From: a virus
IMG/VR virus record: IMGVR_UViG_3300027801_000011
Location: 32,001-96,000 of that record
Strand: one strand, 5' to 3'
DNA: 64,000 nucleotides
Shown here: in pieces, positions 26,343 to 36,881 of the stretch
Position numbering within the stretch: position 1 is the first letter of the stretch
Layout of the letters: every line of letters starts with the position of its first letter
Made by a program: the position numbers and the translations under genes
The notes under the pieces: generated by a model
What the model was told of the DNA's origin: nothing
The model's input: the letters and a program-made list of their open reading frames with translations, nothing else
Database searches by the model: none

Positions 26343-26359
26343 GAAGAAGGAGTTAATAA

Positions 26360-26824
26360 ATGTCTACTACGAATACAAATTATGCATGGCGAAATACCGA
26401 TGTTGCTCGTGATGCCGCTGGAGCAGGGGCATCCCGTAGTTCCAATTTGTATACAGACCTTGATTTATTCTTTAGTAAAAACAATACTACTGGTGACGTT
26501 AATACACTAACAGATGTTGCCGCTGTTAAGCGGTCTATACGTAATTTGGTATTGACCAATCAATATGAGAAACCCTTTCATCCAGAAATTTTCTCTGGGG
26601 TAAGGGGGCAGTTGTTTGAACTGATGACTCCTATAACAGCAGTCATTATAGCACGCCAAGTTGAAGATGTTATCACAAACTTTGAACCAAGGGCCAGACT
26701 AGTTGGTGTACGTGCTACACCAGACCTTGATCGTAATATGTATGAAATAACCGTAGAATTTTATATTGTTAATGCTCCTACTGAATTGGTTGACTTAACA
26801 CTAACATTAGAGAGAGTACGATAA
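26360..26824 (+). CDS. gp25: baseplate wedge subunit
   Basis: YTDLDL.F, AVKRSIRNLVLT..EKPFHP, NFEPRA, LERVR. Confidence 0.95.
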   Translation: MSTTNTNYAWRNTDVARDAAGAGASRSSNLYTDLDLFFSKNNTTGDVNTLTDVAAVKRSIRNLVLTNQYEKPFHPEIFSGVRGQLFELMTPITAVIIARQVEDVITNFEPRARLVGVRATPDLDRNMYEITVEFYIVNAPTELVDLTLTLERVR

Positions 26825-28734
26825 TGGCCACAGGAACAAATCGAAGATTAGATGTAACAGAGTTTGATTTTGATGAGGTAAAATCAAATCTAAAAACTTT
26901 CCTCAAAGGGCAGTCTCAGTTTAAAGATTATGACTTTGAAGGTGCTGGTATTAACGTGCTTCTAGATACTCTCGCTTACAACACTCACTACCTTGGTTAT
27001 AACTTGAACATGGTTGCTAATGAGATGTTCTTGGACAGTTCTACTCTACGTTCTAGTATAGTATCACATGCAAAGACACTAGGATACGAAGTTAGTTCTG
27101 CAAGGGCTTCTTATGCGGAAGTTAATATTGTCCTAAACGATGCTTCCAAGGCCTCCGCTGTTATGCCTGCTGGTACAAAGTTTTTAACCAAATTAGATAA
27201 TATAGATTATCAGTATGTCACTGTAGCAGATGTTGTGGCTTCAAGTACTGGAGTGGAGATTCCTTTTAACAATATTAAGATATATGAAGGATCGTATATA
27301 ACAACACGATACGTTGTAGACTCTACCGATCTTAATCAGAGATTTCTTATAAACGACAACTCTACTGATACGACAACTCTTACTGTTAAGGTACAGAACT
27401 CCGTATCTGATTCTACGACAACCAAATACACCAGAGCATCTGACATAACTCAATTGATAGGTGATTCTACAGTTTACTTCTTACAGGAAGTCGAGAACGG
27501 AAAGACGGAAATCTATTTCGGTGACGGTGTTACTAGTGCTAAAGTTCTGGACGGTAATGTAGTTTACCTTGAATATGTTATATCAAACAAGGCCGCTGGA
27601 AATGGTGCGAAAGACTTTACTCCATCTGGGGGTATTGATTCAGTAACAGACGTTACGGTCACTACACTTAACAGATCGATAGGTGGTGCAGAATCAGAAT
27701 CACTGGCTTCTATAAAACTAAATGCTCCCTTGGATTACGCTTCTCAAGGGCGATGTGTTACTACGGAAGACTATAAAGTTTATGCAAGGAAACTGTTTCC
27801 GCAAACTCAAGCGGTAATGGTGTTCGGCGGAGAAGCCGGTTCCTTTGATCCTAGTCTTGGTGTAACAAGTACAGCGTCTTATGGTAGAGTTTATATATCA
27901 ATCAAATCTACCACAGGAAATAATTTAACAATATCTCAGAAAGAGCTACTTGTATCTCAGTTAGGAAAATTTAATGTTGCTTCTATTACTCCTGTCATTA
28001 TTGACCCAGACGTAACCTCACTAATTTTGAATATTGGATTCAAATACGACTCCAGTAAAACCACCAAAGAAAAATCTGGCCTGCAAACTGCCGTTATCAA
28101 TGAGTTAAAAGATTATAACAACAAACAGCTAAAATCTTTTAACCAAGTATTCCGTTTCTCTAACGTGTCTGCTATTGTTGATAGTGTGGACACATCGATT
28201 TTAAATAATACAATGACTGTTACTATGTCTAAAAAAATCGAACCAGTGCTAAATGTTAAACGTGGTTACTTCCTATATTTCAATAACCCAATTTACAACC
28301 CCCATCCGACACATAACGAAGAGAATGGCGGTGTTACTACTTCATCAGGCTTCTATCAAGACGGGAATACTACTAACGAAATATTCTTTGATGATGATGG
28401 TGAGGGGAATATGAGAACATACTATATTTCTGGTATTACCAGATTATATACAAATCGTCTAGCAGGGAAAATTGATTACAATACAGGCTCAATCGTAATC
28501 AACTCTATCAACATTACGAAGATGTCTAAAGTGGATGGATTGAAAACAACTACAATCCGAATTACTGCTTTACCGACATCTAAAGATATTGTACCTGTTC
28601 GAAATCAGATATTAGAATTAGACATAGTGAACTTAGGATGCGTAGGAGAAATAGATACAATTGCTGTTGGGGATGCTGGTGCTAGTTCAACCTATACCAC
28701 CACACCTTCAGCTCCAGATAATAAGAGTTATTAA
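26824..28734 (+). CDS. gp6: baseplate wedge subunit
   Basis: DFDEVKSNLKTFL, DYDFEG, LAYNTHY, EMFLDS, YFGDG, NAP..SQGRCVT.EDY. Confidence 0.95.
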   Translation: MATGTNRRLDVTEFDFDEVKSNLKTFLKGQSQFKDYDFEGAGINVLLDTLAYNTHYLGYNLNMVANEMFLDSSTLRSSIVSHAKTLGYEVSSARASYAEVNIVLNDASKASAVMPAGTKFLTKLDNIDYQYVTVADVVASSTGVEIPFNNIKIYEGSYITTRYVVDSTDLNQRFLINDNSTDTTTLTVKVQNSVSDSTTTKYTRASDITQLIGDSTVYFLQEVENGKTEIYFGDGVTSAKVLDGNVVYLEYVISNKAAGNGAKDFTPSGGIDSVTDVTVTTLNRSIGGAESESLASIKLNAPLDYASQGRCVTTEDYKVYARKLFPQTQAVMVFGGEAGSFDPSLGVTSTASYGRVYISIKSTTGNNLTISQKELLVSQLGKFNVASITPVIIDPDVTSLILNIGFKYDSSKTTKEKSGLQTAVINELKDYNNKQLKSFNQVFRFSNVSAIVDSVDTSILNNTMTVTMSKKIEPVLNVKRGYFLYFNNPIYNPHPTHNEENGGVTTSSGFYQDGNTTNEIFFDDDGEGNMRTYYISGITRLYTNRLAGKIDYNTGSIVINSINITKMSKVDGLKTTTIRITALPTSKDIVPVRNQILELDIVNLGCVGEIDTIAVGDAGASSTYTTTPSAPDNKSY

Positions 28735-28737
28735 CAG

Positions 28738-31700
28738 ATGGCGCCCTTTGATGCAGAATTAACAACTAAAATTTCTCCACTGATAGAAGGCCAGGTGCCT
28801 GATTATCTTCAGGCAGAGAATCCAAAGTTTGTCGAATTTCTAAAACAGTATTATCAGTTTTTGGAAGCTGCTGAACTACGGGTCAGTGGTATTATTAATA
28901 ATATAGTTTTAGAGAATACTGATGTTCGATATCTACGTAGTGAAGATGGCACAAAGATTGTTGCTGAATCAGGCGTAGGTACTACTGGTAAATTTATCGA
29001 AGGTGAATTAATAACTGGTACTGATACCAAAGCTACAGCTACAGTTTTGATTGATGATCTAGATCAAGAAAAACCTAGATTGTTTATTTCCTCTACTCAG
29101 AAATTTAATATAGGTGAAACGGTCACGGGTGCAACTTCTGGTGCTTCTGCTCAGATCATTCAGTATCGTGCTAATCCTATTCAGAACATACAACAACTAT
29201 TAGATTACTCCAATGTGGACAATACTACTTCCACAGTATTAGATGAAATGCAACGGCAGTTTATGGATGCTATTCCAGAGACTTTGGCTAATGGAGTTTC
29301 TAAGAGAAATCTATTAAAGAATATTAAAGACCTCTATGCGGCTAAAGGAACTTCTGAAGGACATAAACTCTTTATGCGTTTGATGTTTGCTGAAGAGGCA
29401 GAAATCTTCTATCCTACACAATACATGTTAAGAGCATCAGATGGTAACTGGACTAAGAAATCTGTTATCCGTTGTGAAAATTCACAAGGAGCAAATGGTC
29501 AAGAAGTTATAGGACAGACACTAGTAGGACGATCCTCTGGTGCTTCAGTCTTTGTTATTAATGCAGTTACGTTTGCCCAAGGTAGTGCTTCCATAACAGA
29601 ATTCGATGTAGACTTACGATATGTTGTTGGTACTTTTATTGATGGTGAAACTCTAACGGCCGATGGACTACTAACCTTCACCGAACAAAATTTTACTATT
29701 CAAAAGATTATCGCAAGTGCCACAGTAGATAACGGTGGTATACTTTACAATGCTGGTGACATTATTTCTATTAGTGCTGGTGGTAACAATGCAGCTCGTG
29801 CTCAAGTCAACACTACTGGTGTTGGTACTGTGGATGGTGTTCATATCGATACTGGGGGTTCTGGTTATAGAGTTGGCGATAGATTTGTTTTCACTAGTGA
29901 TGCTACATCTCAACCAGCTGAGGGTTATGTCTCTTCTATTGGTGGATCGTTTCTTTTAGAAAACAATGAAAATATAGACGGTGTGATCAGCGAAGATTAC
30001 TTATCACAGGAAGAAAATACAACTTATCAATATGCAGATATTAATATAGGACTAGAAGAAGGTGGTTCACTATTAATAGATGCTACAGACTCCAGCGGGA
30101 CAGATGAGAATTGGTATTTTGATTATGAGGCCGCCGTTGAACGAAAGTTAATAGCGGACGGTAATGCTTCTAAAAGAATTACCTTTGAAGCTAACACCAA
30201 CTTAACGTATGGTGAAATCGCAAACGTGATAGTGACAACCAGAGGCGCTGGTTATATTAGGTTGCCTCAAATTTCAATAACATCTGTGAATGGTACAGGT
30301 GGTAAAATTATTCCTACTACAAATACTATTGGTACAATTCAAGATGTGTCTATTGTTGATGCTGGGTTTAACTATAAGGTTGTTCCCGAAGCAGCCGTTG
30401 ATGCTAAGTTTATTGTTAAACAAGTCTCTGGATCATTTTCTGCGGCAGAGAAATTAACAACTCACACAGGTACAGTTACGGGTTGGAGTTCCCAAGATCA
30501 AGTACTCTCAGTTTCAATTGAAGATGTTATCCGTATTAAGATGGAACAAGAGACTGCTGACATAAATGAGAATATCCAATTAGAAGTAAATACCGATAAT
30601 GAATTTAATAGAGTACTAGGTGAGAATGCTGTAGAAGGAAACACTGGCCCAGAACTAGTTGCTAGAGGTTTGGATGATGTAGACACTACTGGTATTGTAG
30701 TAAAAGAAGAATACAGATATGATATAGAAGATCAACTAGTACTTGATTCAGATGGTAGTACTAAGGTAACAATTCCTTTAGAACGGCCGTCTGCCCCAGG
30801 CCCTAGAGCAGTCTTCAATCAACCATCTGTGGCATCAGGCATGACGCCGTTTCCGCCTTTACGACATCAATTTCCAGACCCTGGCTTGGGGGGATATGAT
30901 AATGACGGCGCACTCTTTAGAGAGAACGTAGAACTTGAACAAAGATTTGTTGGCCCCGATGGTTTTGAGGATACTATTTTTGATGGTGTGACTAAGTTGC
31001 CTTCTCTTACTACTTACAGTGGTGCGTTTTCTGATGTTAACCTTCTATTAGAAGGTACTGCTGTGGGTGATGATCTACAATTAAATGGCACAGATGCAAG
31101 TCAGACTGACGCTGGTGATGATTTCCGTCAAGAAGATGGATCAACAGGCTCTGGTATGGGCGACAAGTTGATACAGGAATCCTTGGATGATGGTAATAGA
31201 GTTCGATACGAAACTCATGGCATGGTGGATAACCTCCAGTATAAGAAAGATAAGTTTCAATTAAACGGAACTAAAGAACAAGTATATACTAGTGGTGGTT
31301 GGGTTGATGCAGATCGAGCAACTTCTGAAGAGTTACAGATAGTCAGCAGTCACGTTGTTGTTGAACCTGGCAAAGAAGGTGATAGAATTATTACAGAAGA
31401 CGGCGTTGATCTTATAGTGCTGGATGGTACTAATGGTAAAGCGCTTTTTAGAATAGGGTCTGCTGCGACATTCTGGGAGAAGACACTTGACGAAGGTAGC
31501 TACCTTAGAAACGAACCATTGCCAGATCGATATGTTAATGTTGAACACCCATCATCTAGAATAGTAGATGATACAGATGGTATTTTACTAGAAGATGCAT
31601 CTGCTCAATCTACTGTTAACTGGACAGAGTATTTGATTCTACAGGGTCAAGATGGTACTTCTAATTCTGATGCTGACGGTTGGTATACTGAGTACACAGA

Positions 31701-34596
31701 TTATAAAGCTTCTCATGGTAACGATGATAGAGACATTTGGATTTTAGAAGATGGAGATTGTGTCTTATCAGAAGAGTCTGTAGATGACCCTAATGGTGGA
31801 TTTGATGCTGCCACATTATTGGCAAGGACTACTAATTCGGGAAGTAGAGTTATACTCGACAATAATATTGTGGGTGGTCTTGATGATATTCATATTGTTC
31901 TAGATGGGACAGATACAGAATTGACAAATGCCGGCGGGTATATGCTTCACGATGGTTTCTCTACAACAGAAAGAGGTGGAACAACTCTAGTACAAGAGAG
32001 TGGACTTGCTGCTGGTCTTTCGGCAGAAAGTGATGCTGTTCCTGGCGATGAATTAACTCACGAAACGCAAAGCTTTACATCTGGTAATATCGTAATGAAT
32101 GCTTACGATGATAATAATTTGTATGCTGGGTTTGATGTTGTAACCGAAAGCTTACAGAACTTTATTGGACAAACAATTTCTACTGGCCAAGGAACGGCAG
32201 TTATTATTGGTGCTAACCTTGGTAAAGTTTCTGTTAATATTGGATTTATAACAACAGACGTTGGTAGATATTCATCTACGAATAGTTTGATATCAGAAGA
32301 TGTTATTCGTATTCAAGATTCATATTACTATCAAGACTTCTCTTACGAAGTTCGTATTGGTCAATCTGTCAACACATACATGAATGAATTGAAACGTGCA
32401 GTTCATCCAGCTGGTTTCATTCCATTTGGTAGGGTTACTATTGCTAGTCTGATGTCTGTGTCTATGTCACCAGCTGGTATTGGTCGTGTCGATCCTCCGT
32501 TGGCGTCCTTCTCTCCAGTACTTGCTTCTTCTCTTAGAGAATTGTTTGAATTGAGAATCAATCACAGATTGGGTATACCTAAAGTATTTGAACAAGGTAG
32601 TTTGTTTGCTGAACTTAGATTAGAGAACGGCACTTCAGATTTCAACTTTGTTTTGGATGGTACTGAATATGGTACACTACTAGAAGCAGAAGAAGGCGGT
32701 GTTATCAGTCTTGAGGAATCTCATGACGATGGAGATAACATTTGTATTGTTGCTGGAGATGATGGATCACAAGTTGATGCTGGGGATAATATTTCATTAG
32801 ACGGTACGGACATATTCGGCACAGACAATGTAGATGTGCTTGGTGAAGTTAGTTCTATACTTCTAGATGGTTCTAATATTGTAGACGGTGCTGTACAGGA
32901 TGCTGGTTCTTCTTTATTGTTAGACGGTAGTGCTCTTGGTGTATACAATCTTATAGATGCCGATAGTAATCAACTAGTATTAAACGGTACTAGTGTTGAT
33001 GGAAATACTCCAAATAGTAAAGTAGTACATGAAGATGGAGATCATGTTGGTGCAAAAATAATAACAGATTCTATTCAAACTACAAGTGGCCAAGTATTTG
33101 ATTCCTCAGAAAATATAGTTTCAGAATCCTCTATGGGTGGCGCTCTTACATTACAAGATAGTTCTGGTAAACTAATGAGTGAGGCTGCAGCTGGTGTTTC
33201 CGATTCAGATCGTGAAAATCTTTTCATCAGAATGTTAAAGGTAAAAATTTCTGTACCGAAACCCAGAGCGCTTAACTCTGTTGGACTTAGTTCAATGGGT
33301 ATATCTGATATGTTCAGTGATGCCTTTGGTGCAACACACATACAATTAGAAGATGCCCTACGGAAACGTGGGCCAACGATTAACGCTTCTAGACTTGTTC
33401 TTGATGGTTTAGATGTTGGTGGTAAAGATGATCCATTAGATGTTAAAAACCAAGGCGAAGCAATTGAGATGGAAGTATCTCAAGCTGTTAACTTAGGTTC
33501 TGGTCTAAAGTTTTCTGACTTTAATAAGAAGAACACTTGGACTATTGATTTGGAAGATGGAACTGGAAGCATATACTTAGAAGATTATGCTGGCGGTTTC
33601 CTTGTTTCTGAAGATGAAATAGTTTCACCACTATTATCAAACTTCTTAGAACAAGATATTTTGTTGAGAGAAAATGATATTGATCACGTTTCTGATTGGG
33701 GGAGATTACAATTAAACAGAACTGCTGTCGATAGCGATGATGAATTTGATTTCATTGTTCTTAATGCTATTGATGCTACGGGCCGAGGTGATGGAGATTA
33801 TGTCTTAAAAGAAACTTACTCTGAATATCACAAGTCTGTAGATGGCGATCTTGGTGGACTAGGAATACTTACAGAAGATTCTGATCAGTCTGGTAAGTAT
33901 CAGTTAGAGAATCCAAGAAACTTCTTTATGTTATATGATGGTATATATTCTGAGACTCAAGGGTGGACAGATGATGGCACGCCGATGACGCTTGAAGATG
34001 GTTCCAACTTACTTACCGAAGTCACAGACCCATTTGGAATTAGTATACTTCTAGAAGAAGGTTCAGCTACAACGAGTGGTTCAAAGTTGTTGTTAGATTC
34101 TCAAAGACTTTCATTAGAAGATCATATTAACGATGGTCATGTGCCTGATAGTAACTGGGGTGATAATTCTTATTATCCAGAATTTACACGGCCAACAGAA
34201 ATTAAAATTCGTCCAGTAGGAAGAATATCCCTACAGGATGAAAGGGCTATTACAGAATTGGTTCTGGATAGTCACGAAGTATCAACGGGCCCACTGGTCG
34301 TAGATAGTCAAGGTGACAATATCATCTTTGATCGTACAACTTTATCTGGAGACGATATTGGGGATAAGGTTATGGTTGAATCCAATGCCGAAGTTATCCT
34401 TGATCAGTGTGCCGGCGGTATGTTACTAGATGCAGATGGCGGTATGGTTAGTTTTGAAGAAGGTACTCATGCTAGTCTAATTGCTACAGGTAAGGCGTTC
34501 TTACCTCTAGGTGCTGAGGCGGAAACTTTCGATAATGAGACTAGGACTACATTTGACAGTACCAATCAAACTTACGATGTTGTCGAAGGCAGCTAA
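28738..34596 (+). CDS. gp7: large gp7-like baseplate wedge protein with acidic repeat expansions
   Basis: FLKQYYQFLE, IKDLY.AKGT, IQDSYYYQDFSYEV, VHPAGF..FG; many (I/L)xLEDG/LDGT repeats. Confidence 0.75.
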   Translation: MAPFDAELTTKISPLIEGQVPDYLQAENPKFVEFLKQYYQFLEAAELRVSGIINNIVLENTDVRYLRSEDGTKIVAESGVGTTGKFIEGELITGTDTKATATVLIDDLDQEKPRLFISSTQKFNIGETVTGATSGASAQIIQYRANPIQNIQQLLDYSNVDNTTSTVLDEMQRQFMDAIPETLANGVSKRNLLKNIKDLYAAKGTSEGHKLFMRLMFAEEAEIFYPTQYMLRASDGNWTKKSVIRCENSQGANGQEVIGQTLVGRSSGASVFVINAVTFAQGSASITEFDVDLRYVVGTFIDGETLTADGLLTFTEQNFTIQKIIASATVDNGGILYNAGDIISISAGGNNAARAQVNTTGVGTVDGVHIDTGGSGYRVGDRFVFTSDATSQPAEGYVSSIGGSFLLENNENIDGVISEDYLSQEENTTYQYADINIGLEEGGSLLIDATDSSGTDENWYFDYEAAVERKLIADGNASKRITFEANTNLTYGEIANVIVTTRGAGYIRLPQISITSVNGTGGKIIPTTNTIGTIQDVSIVDAGFNYKVVPEAAVDAKFIVKQVSGSFSAAEKLTTHTGTVTGWSSQDQVLSVSIEDVIRIKMEQETADINENIQLEVNTDNEFNRVLGENAVEGNTGPELVARGLDDVDTTGIVVKEEYRYDIEDQLVLDSDGSTKVTIPLERPSAPGPRAVFNQPSVASGMTPFPPLRHQFPDPGLGGYDNDGALFRENVELEQRFVGPDGFEDTIFDGVTKLPSLTTYSGAFSDVNLLLEGTAVGDDLQLNGTDASQTDAGDDFRQEDGSTGSGMGDKLIQESLDDGNRVRYETHGMVDNLQYKKDKFQLNGTKEQVYTSGGWVDADRATSEELQIVSSHVVVEPGKEGDRIITEDGVDLIVLDGTNGKALFRIGSAATFWEKTLDEGSYLRNEPLPDRYVNVEHPSSRIVDDTDGILLEDASAQSTVNWTEYLILQGQDGTSNSDADGWYTEYTDYKASHGNDDRDIWILEDGDCVLSEESVDDPNGGFDAATLLARTTNSGSRVILDNNIVGGLDDIHIVLDGTDTELTNAGGYMLHDGFSTTERGGTTLVQESGLAAGLSAESDAVPGDELTHETQSFTSGNIVMNAYDDNNLYAGFDVVTESLQNFIGQTISTGQGTAVIIGANLGKVSVNIGFITTDVGRYSSTNSLISEDVIRIQDSYYYQDFSYEVRIGQSVNTYMNELKRAVHPAGFIPFGRVTIASLMSVSMSPAGIGRVDPPLASFSPVLASSLRELFELRINHRLGIPKVFEQGSLFAELRLENGTSDFNFVLDGTEYGTLLEAEEGGVISLEESHDDGDNICIVAGDDGSQVDAGDNISLDGTDIFGTDNVDVLGEVSSILLDGSNIVDGAVQDAGSSLLLDGSALGVYNLIDADSNQLVLNGTSVDGNTPNSKVVHEDGDHVGAKIITDSIQTTSGQVFDSSENIVSESSMGGALTLQDSSGKLMSEAAAGVSDSDRENLFIRMLKVKISVPKPRALNSVGLSSMGISDMFSDAFGATHIQLEDALRKRGPTINASRLVLDGLDVGGKDDPLDVKNQGEAIEMEVSQAVNLGSGLKFSDFNKKNTWTIDLEDGTGSIYLEDYAGGFLVSEDEIVSPLLSNFLEQDILLRENDIDHVSDWGRLQLNRTAVDSDDEFDFIVLNAIDATGRGDGDYVLKETYSEYHKSVDGDLGGLGILTEDSDQSGKYQLENPRNFFMLYDGIYSETQGWTDDGTPMTLEDGSNLLTEVTDPFGISILLEEGSATTSGSKLLLDSQRLSLEDHINDGHVPDSNWGDNSYYPEFTRPTEIKIRPVGRISLQDERAITELVLDSHEVSTGPLVVDSQGDNIIFDRTTLSGDDIGDKVMVESNAEVILDQCAGGMLLDADGGMVSFEEGTHASLIATGKAFLPLGAEAETFDNETRTTFDSTNQTYDVVEGS

Positions 34597-34604
34597 CGAC
34601 TTCG

Positions 34605-34612
34605 TATAAATA
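34605..34612 (+). promoter_or_regulatory. T4 late promoter
   Basis: TATAAATA. Confidence 0.75.
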
Positions 34613-34636
34613 GAAGAAGAGAAAGGGATCGTATTA

Positions 34637-35362
34637 ATGGCATATCAAACAATAGGGGTTGGTTTAGCAGCAGATGATGGGCAAGGAGATTCCTTACGTA
34701 TTGGTGCGGTAAAAATAAACTCCAACTTTAATGAGATATACACAACATTCGGAGATGGATCAAGTTTAACATCTGGTATCGGTGTTGACGGCTCTATAAT
34801 AACATTAACATCCCCAACAATCAACACTCCTACTATAGTAGGTGTTGTATTAGGTATTCAAACATCTGCAAATATTGTAACCCTTGCTACCACGACAGTT
34901 AACGGTACTACATTAAAAGCAGGCGGATTGACGTTGGCTGAAGGTTCAATAACGGACAGTACTGGTGCTATTAGTTTCTCAAATGAAAATCTTACGACAA
35001 CTGGTACTATTAACAGTGGACAGATATCAACAGATGGAGTTTTATATATTACTGGTGGTGTATCTGGTGGAGAAGTTAGTTTTCTTCAAGTAGAAGGTAC
35101 AGCTGACGGAAGTGAACTAAACTTTAAAGCAATCGATCCTACTGGAGATCGTACTCTAACCTTTCCAGACATTACGGGAACTATTATCACATCAGCTGAT
35201 ACAAACACGGTAACTGGAGTTATGCTTGCTGCTGATACGGTAGTGGAAGCAAACATGGCGAATGACTCAATAAGTTCAGTTGAATTGAAAAGTCTTTCTA
35301 CATTACTAATTAAAAATTCTGGCGGCACAACTTTAAAGACACATTACGGTGCTGGTGCATAA
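34637..35362 (+). CDS. gp9/gp10-type N-terminal baseplate/fibre protein
   Basis: IGVGLAADDGQGDSLR.G..KIN.NF.EIY. Confidence 0.75.
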   Translation: MAYQTIGVGLAADDGQGDSLRIGAVKINSNFNEIYTTFGDGSSLTSGIGVDGSIITLTSPTINTPTIVGVVLGIQTSANIVTLATTTVNGTTLKAGGLTLAEGSITDSTGAISFSNENLTTTGTINSGQISTDGVLYITGGVSGGEVSFLQVEGTADGSELNFKAIDPTGDRTLTFPDITGTIITSADTNTVTGVMLAADTVVEANMANDSISSVELKSLSTLLIKNSGGTTLKTHYGAGA

Positions 35363-35381
35363 ATAGAACGAGGATAAAAAA

Positions 35382-36878
35382 ATGACAGCAATAATTACGG
35401 AAAGATTTAGGCAACACAATGCGACTCAATTCTTTGAGTCCTTTAGTGAAGCTTCTGGGAACTCTTATTACCTTTTCATAGGTAAAGCGACTCCCTTCAC
35501 CACAGGAACATCTGGAGGCTCGGATGGCGCTCCACCTACACCAGTAGATGGAATAAGTGAAGAGTTTTATGTGTGGGATGATATGATTGCTGCTAAACAA
35601 ATTACTGGTAGTTTTATAAGTTATGCAATTCCTCGGCGTGACTTTGCTAACGGTACAATTTATGATATGTATGATCACGCAGTTAGTTCTTCTAATGTAA
35701 CTACTTCTGGTGCTACAAACATATACGACTCAAGTTTCTTCTTCTTAACTGCTGATTATCGTGTATATCAAATACTAGACAACAATGGCGGAGTTGCATT
35801 TAGTGGTTCTGCTCCTACATCAGAATCTACTGCCCCATTCGAATCTGGTGGATATGTTCTTCAGTATATGTACTCTCTCACATCTTCAGAAGTTGAGAAG
35901 TACTTGACAACAGACTTTATGCCTGTTAGTACAGACACAGCAGTTAGTTCGGCCGCAGTCGATGGATCGATTGTTTCCCTTAAAGTAACTGGTGGTTCTG
36001 GATATTCAGATGGAACTTACTACGCTGCCATATATGGAGATGGTACAAGTCAAGGAACTTCCTCTGGTGGTATTGTAAGAGTTACCGTTGTTAGTGGTGC
36101 TGTTGCATCTTTCGGTCTTACTGCTGGAACAGACACAACAATTCATGCTATCGGTTCTGGATACACTTACGGAAAAGTAAACCTTGCTTCTGGATATACC
36201 TTTTCAGATACATCCCTATCAACTGCCTCGGCAATGGGTGGTACTGGTGGAGTGGTAGAAGTTGTAATTAGTCCTAAAGGTGGTCATGGTTATAATGCTG
36301 TTGAACAACTTGGTGGACATTATCTTATGATGAACACAACTCTAACACAGTCTGAAGGCGATGACTTCACTACTGCTAACGATTTTCGAAGAGTGGGTGT
36401 TGTTGTAGACCCTTATATTTACGGTACATCTACATTATCTACTGCTTCAACTGTAAGACAAACATATGCTTTAAACTTAACAACCATCAGTGGTACTTTT
36501 GATATTGATGAGAAAATATCACAACAGACTACTGGTGCGATTGGCAAGGTTGTTGATTGGGACTCTAGTTTAAATATTCTTTATTACCAACAAGAAAGGT
36601 TTGGGGATTATGGAACGAATGGTTCTACTGGTTCCTATGTTGCTTTTAGTGGCGCAAACAGAGTTACTGGATCAACTTCAAATGCTTATGGTACTCCAGA
36701 TGCAGCTTCGGATAGTGCGGTTACTCTTGCTGGTGGCGCTACAATGTCATTTACAAATGGATATGCAAATCCAGAGTTACAACCAGATAGTGGCAATATA
36801 ATTTATATAGAAAATAGAAAACCGATTAGTCGATCATCTGACCAAACGGAAGACATTAAACTTATTGTGGAGTTCTAA
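35382..36878 (+). CDS. gp8: baseplate wedge subunit
   Basis: MTAIITERFR..NA..F, WDDMIAAK, YDMY, VY..LDN, SPKGGHG, SGNIIYIENR.PI.R..DQTEDIKLIVEF. Confidence 0.9.
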   Translation: MTAIITERFRQHNATQFFESFSEASGNSYYLFIGKATPFTTGTSGGSDGAPPTPVDGISEEFYVWDDMIAAKQITGSFISYAIPRRDFANGTIYDMYDHAVSSSNVTTSGATNIYDSSFFFLTADYRVYQILDNNGGVAFSGSAPTSESTAPFESGGYVLQYMYSLTSSEVEKYLTTDFMPVSTDTAVSSAAVDGSIVSLKVTGGSGYSDGTYYAAIYGDGTSQGTSSGGIVRVTVVSGAVASFGLTAGTDTTIHAIGSGYTYGKVNLASGYTFSDTSLSTASAMGGTGGVVEVVISPKGGHGYNAVEQLGGHYLMMNTTLTQSEGDDFTTANDFRRVGVVVDPYIYGTSTLSTASTVRQTYALNLTTISGTFDIDEKISQQTTGAIGKVVDWDSSLNILYYQQERFGDYGTNGSTGSYVAFSGANRVTGSTSNAYGTPDAASDSAVTLAGGATMSFTNGYANPELQPDSGNIIYIENRKPISRSSDQTEDIKLIVEF

Positions 36879-36881
36879 AAA

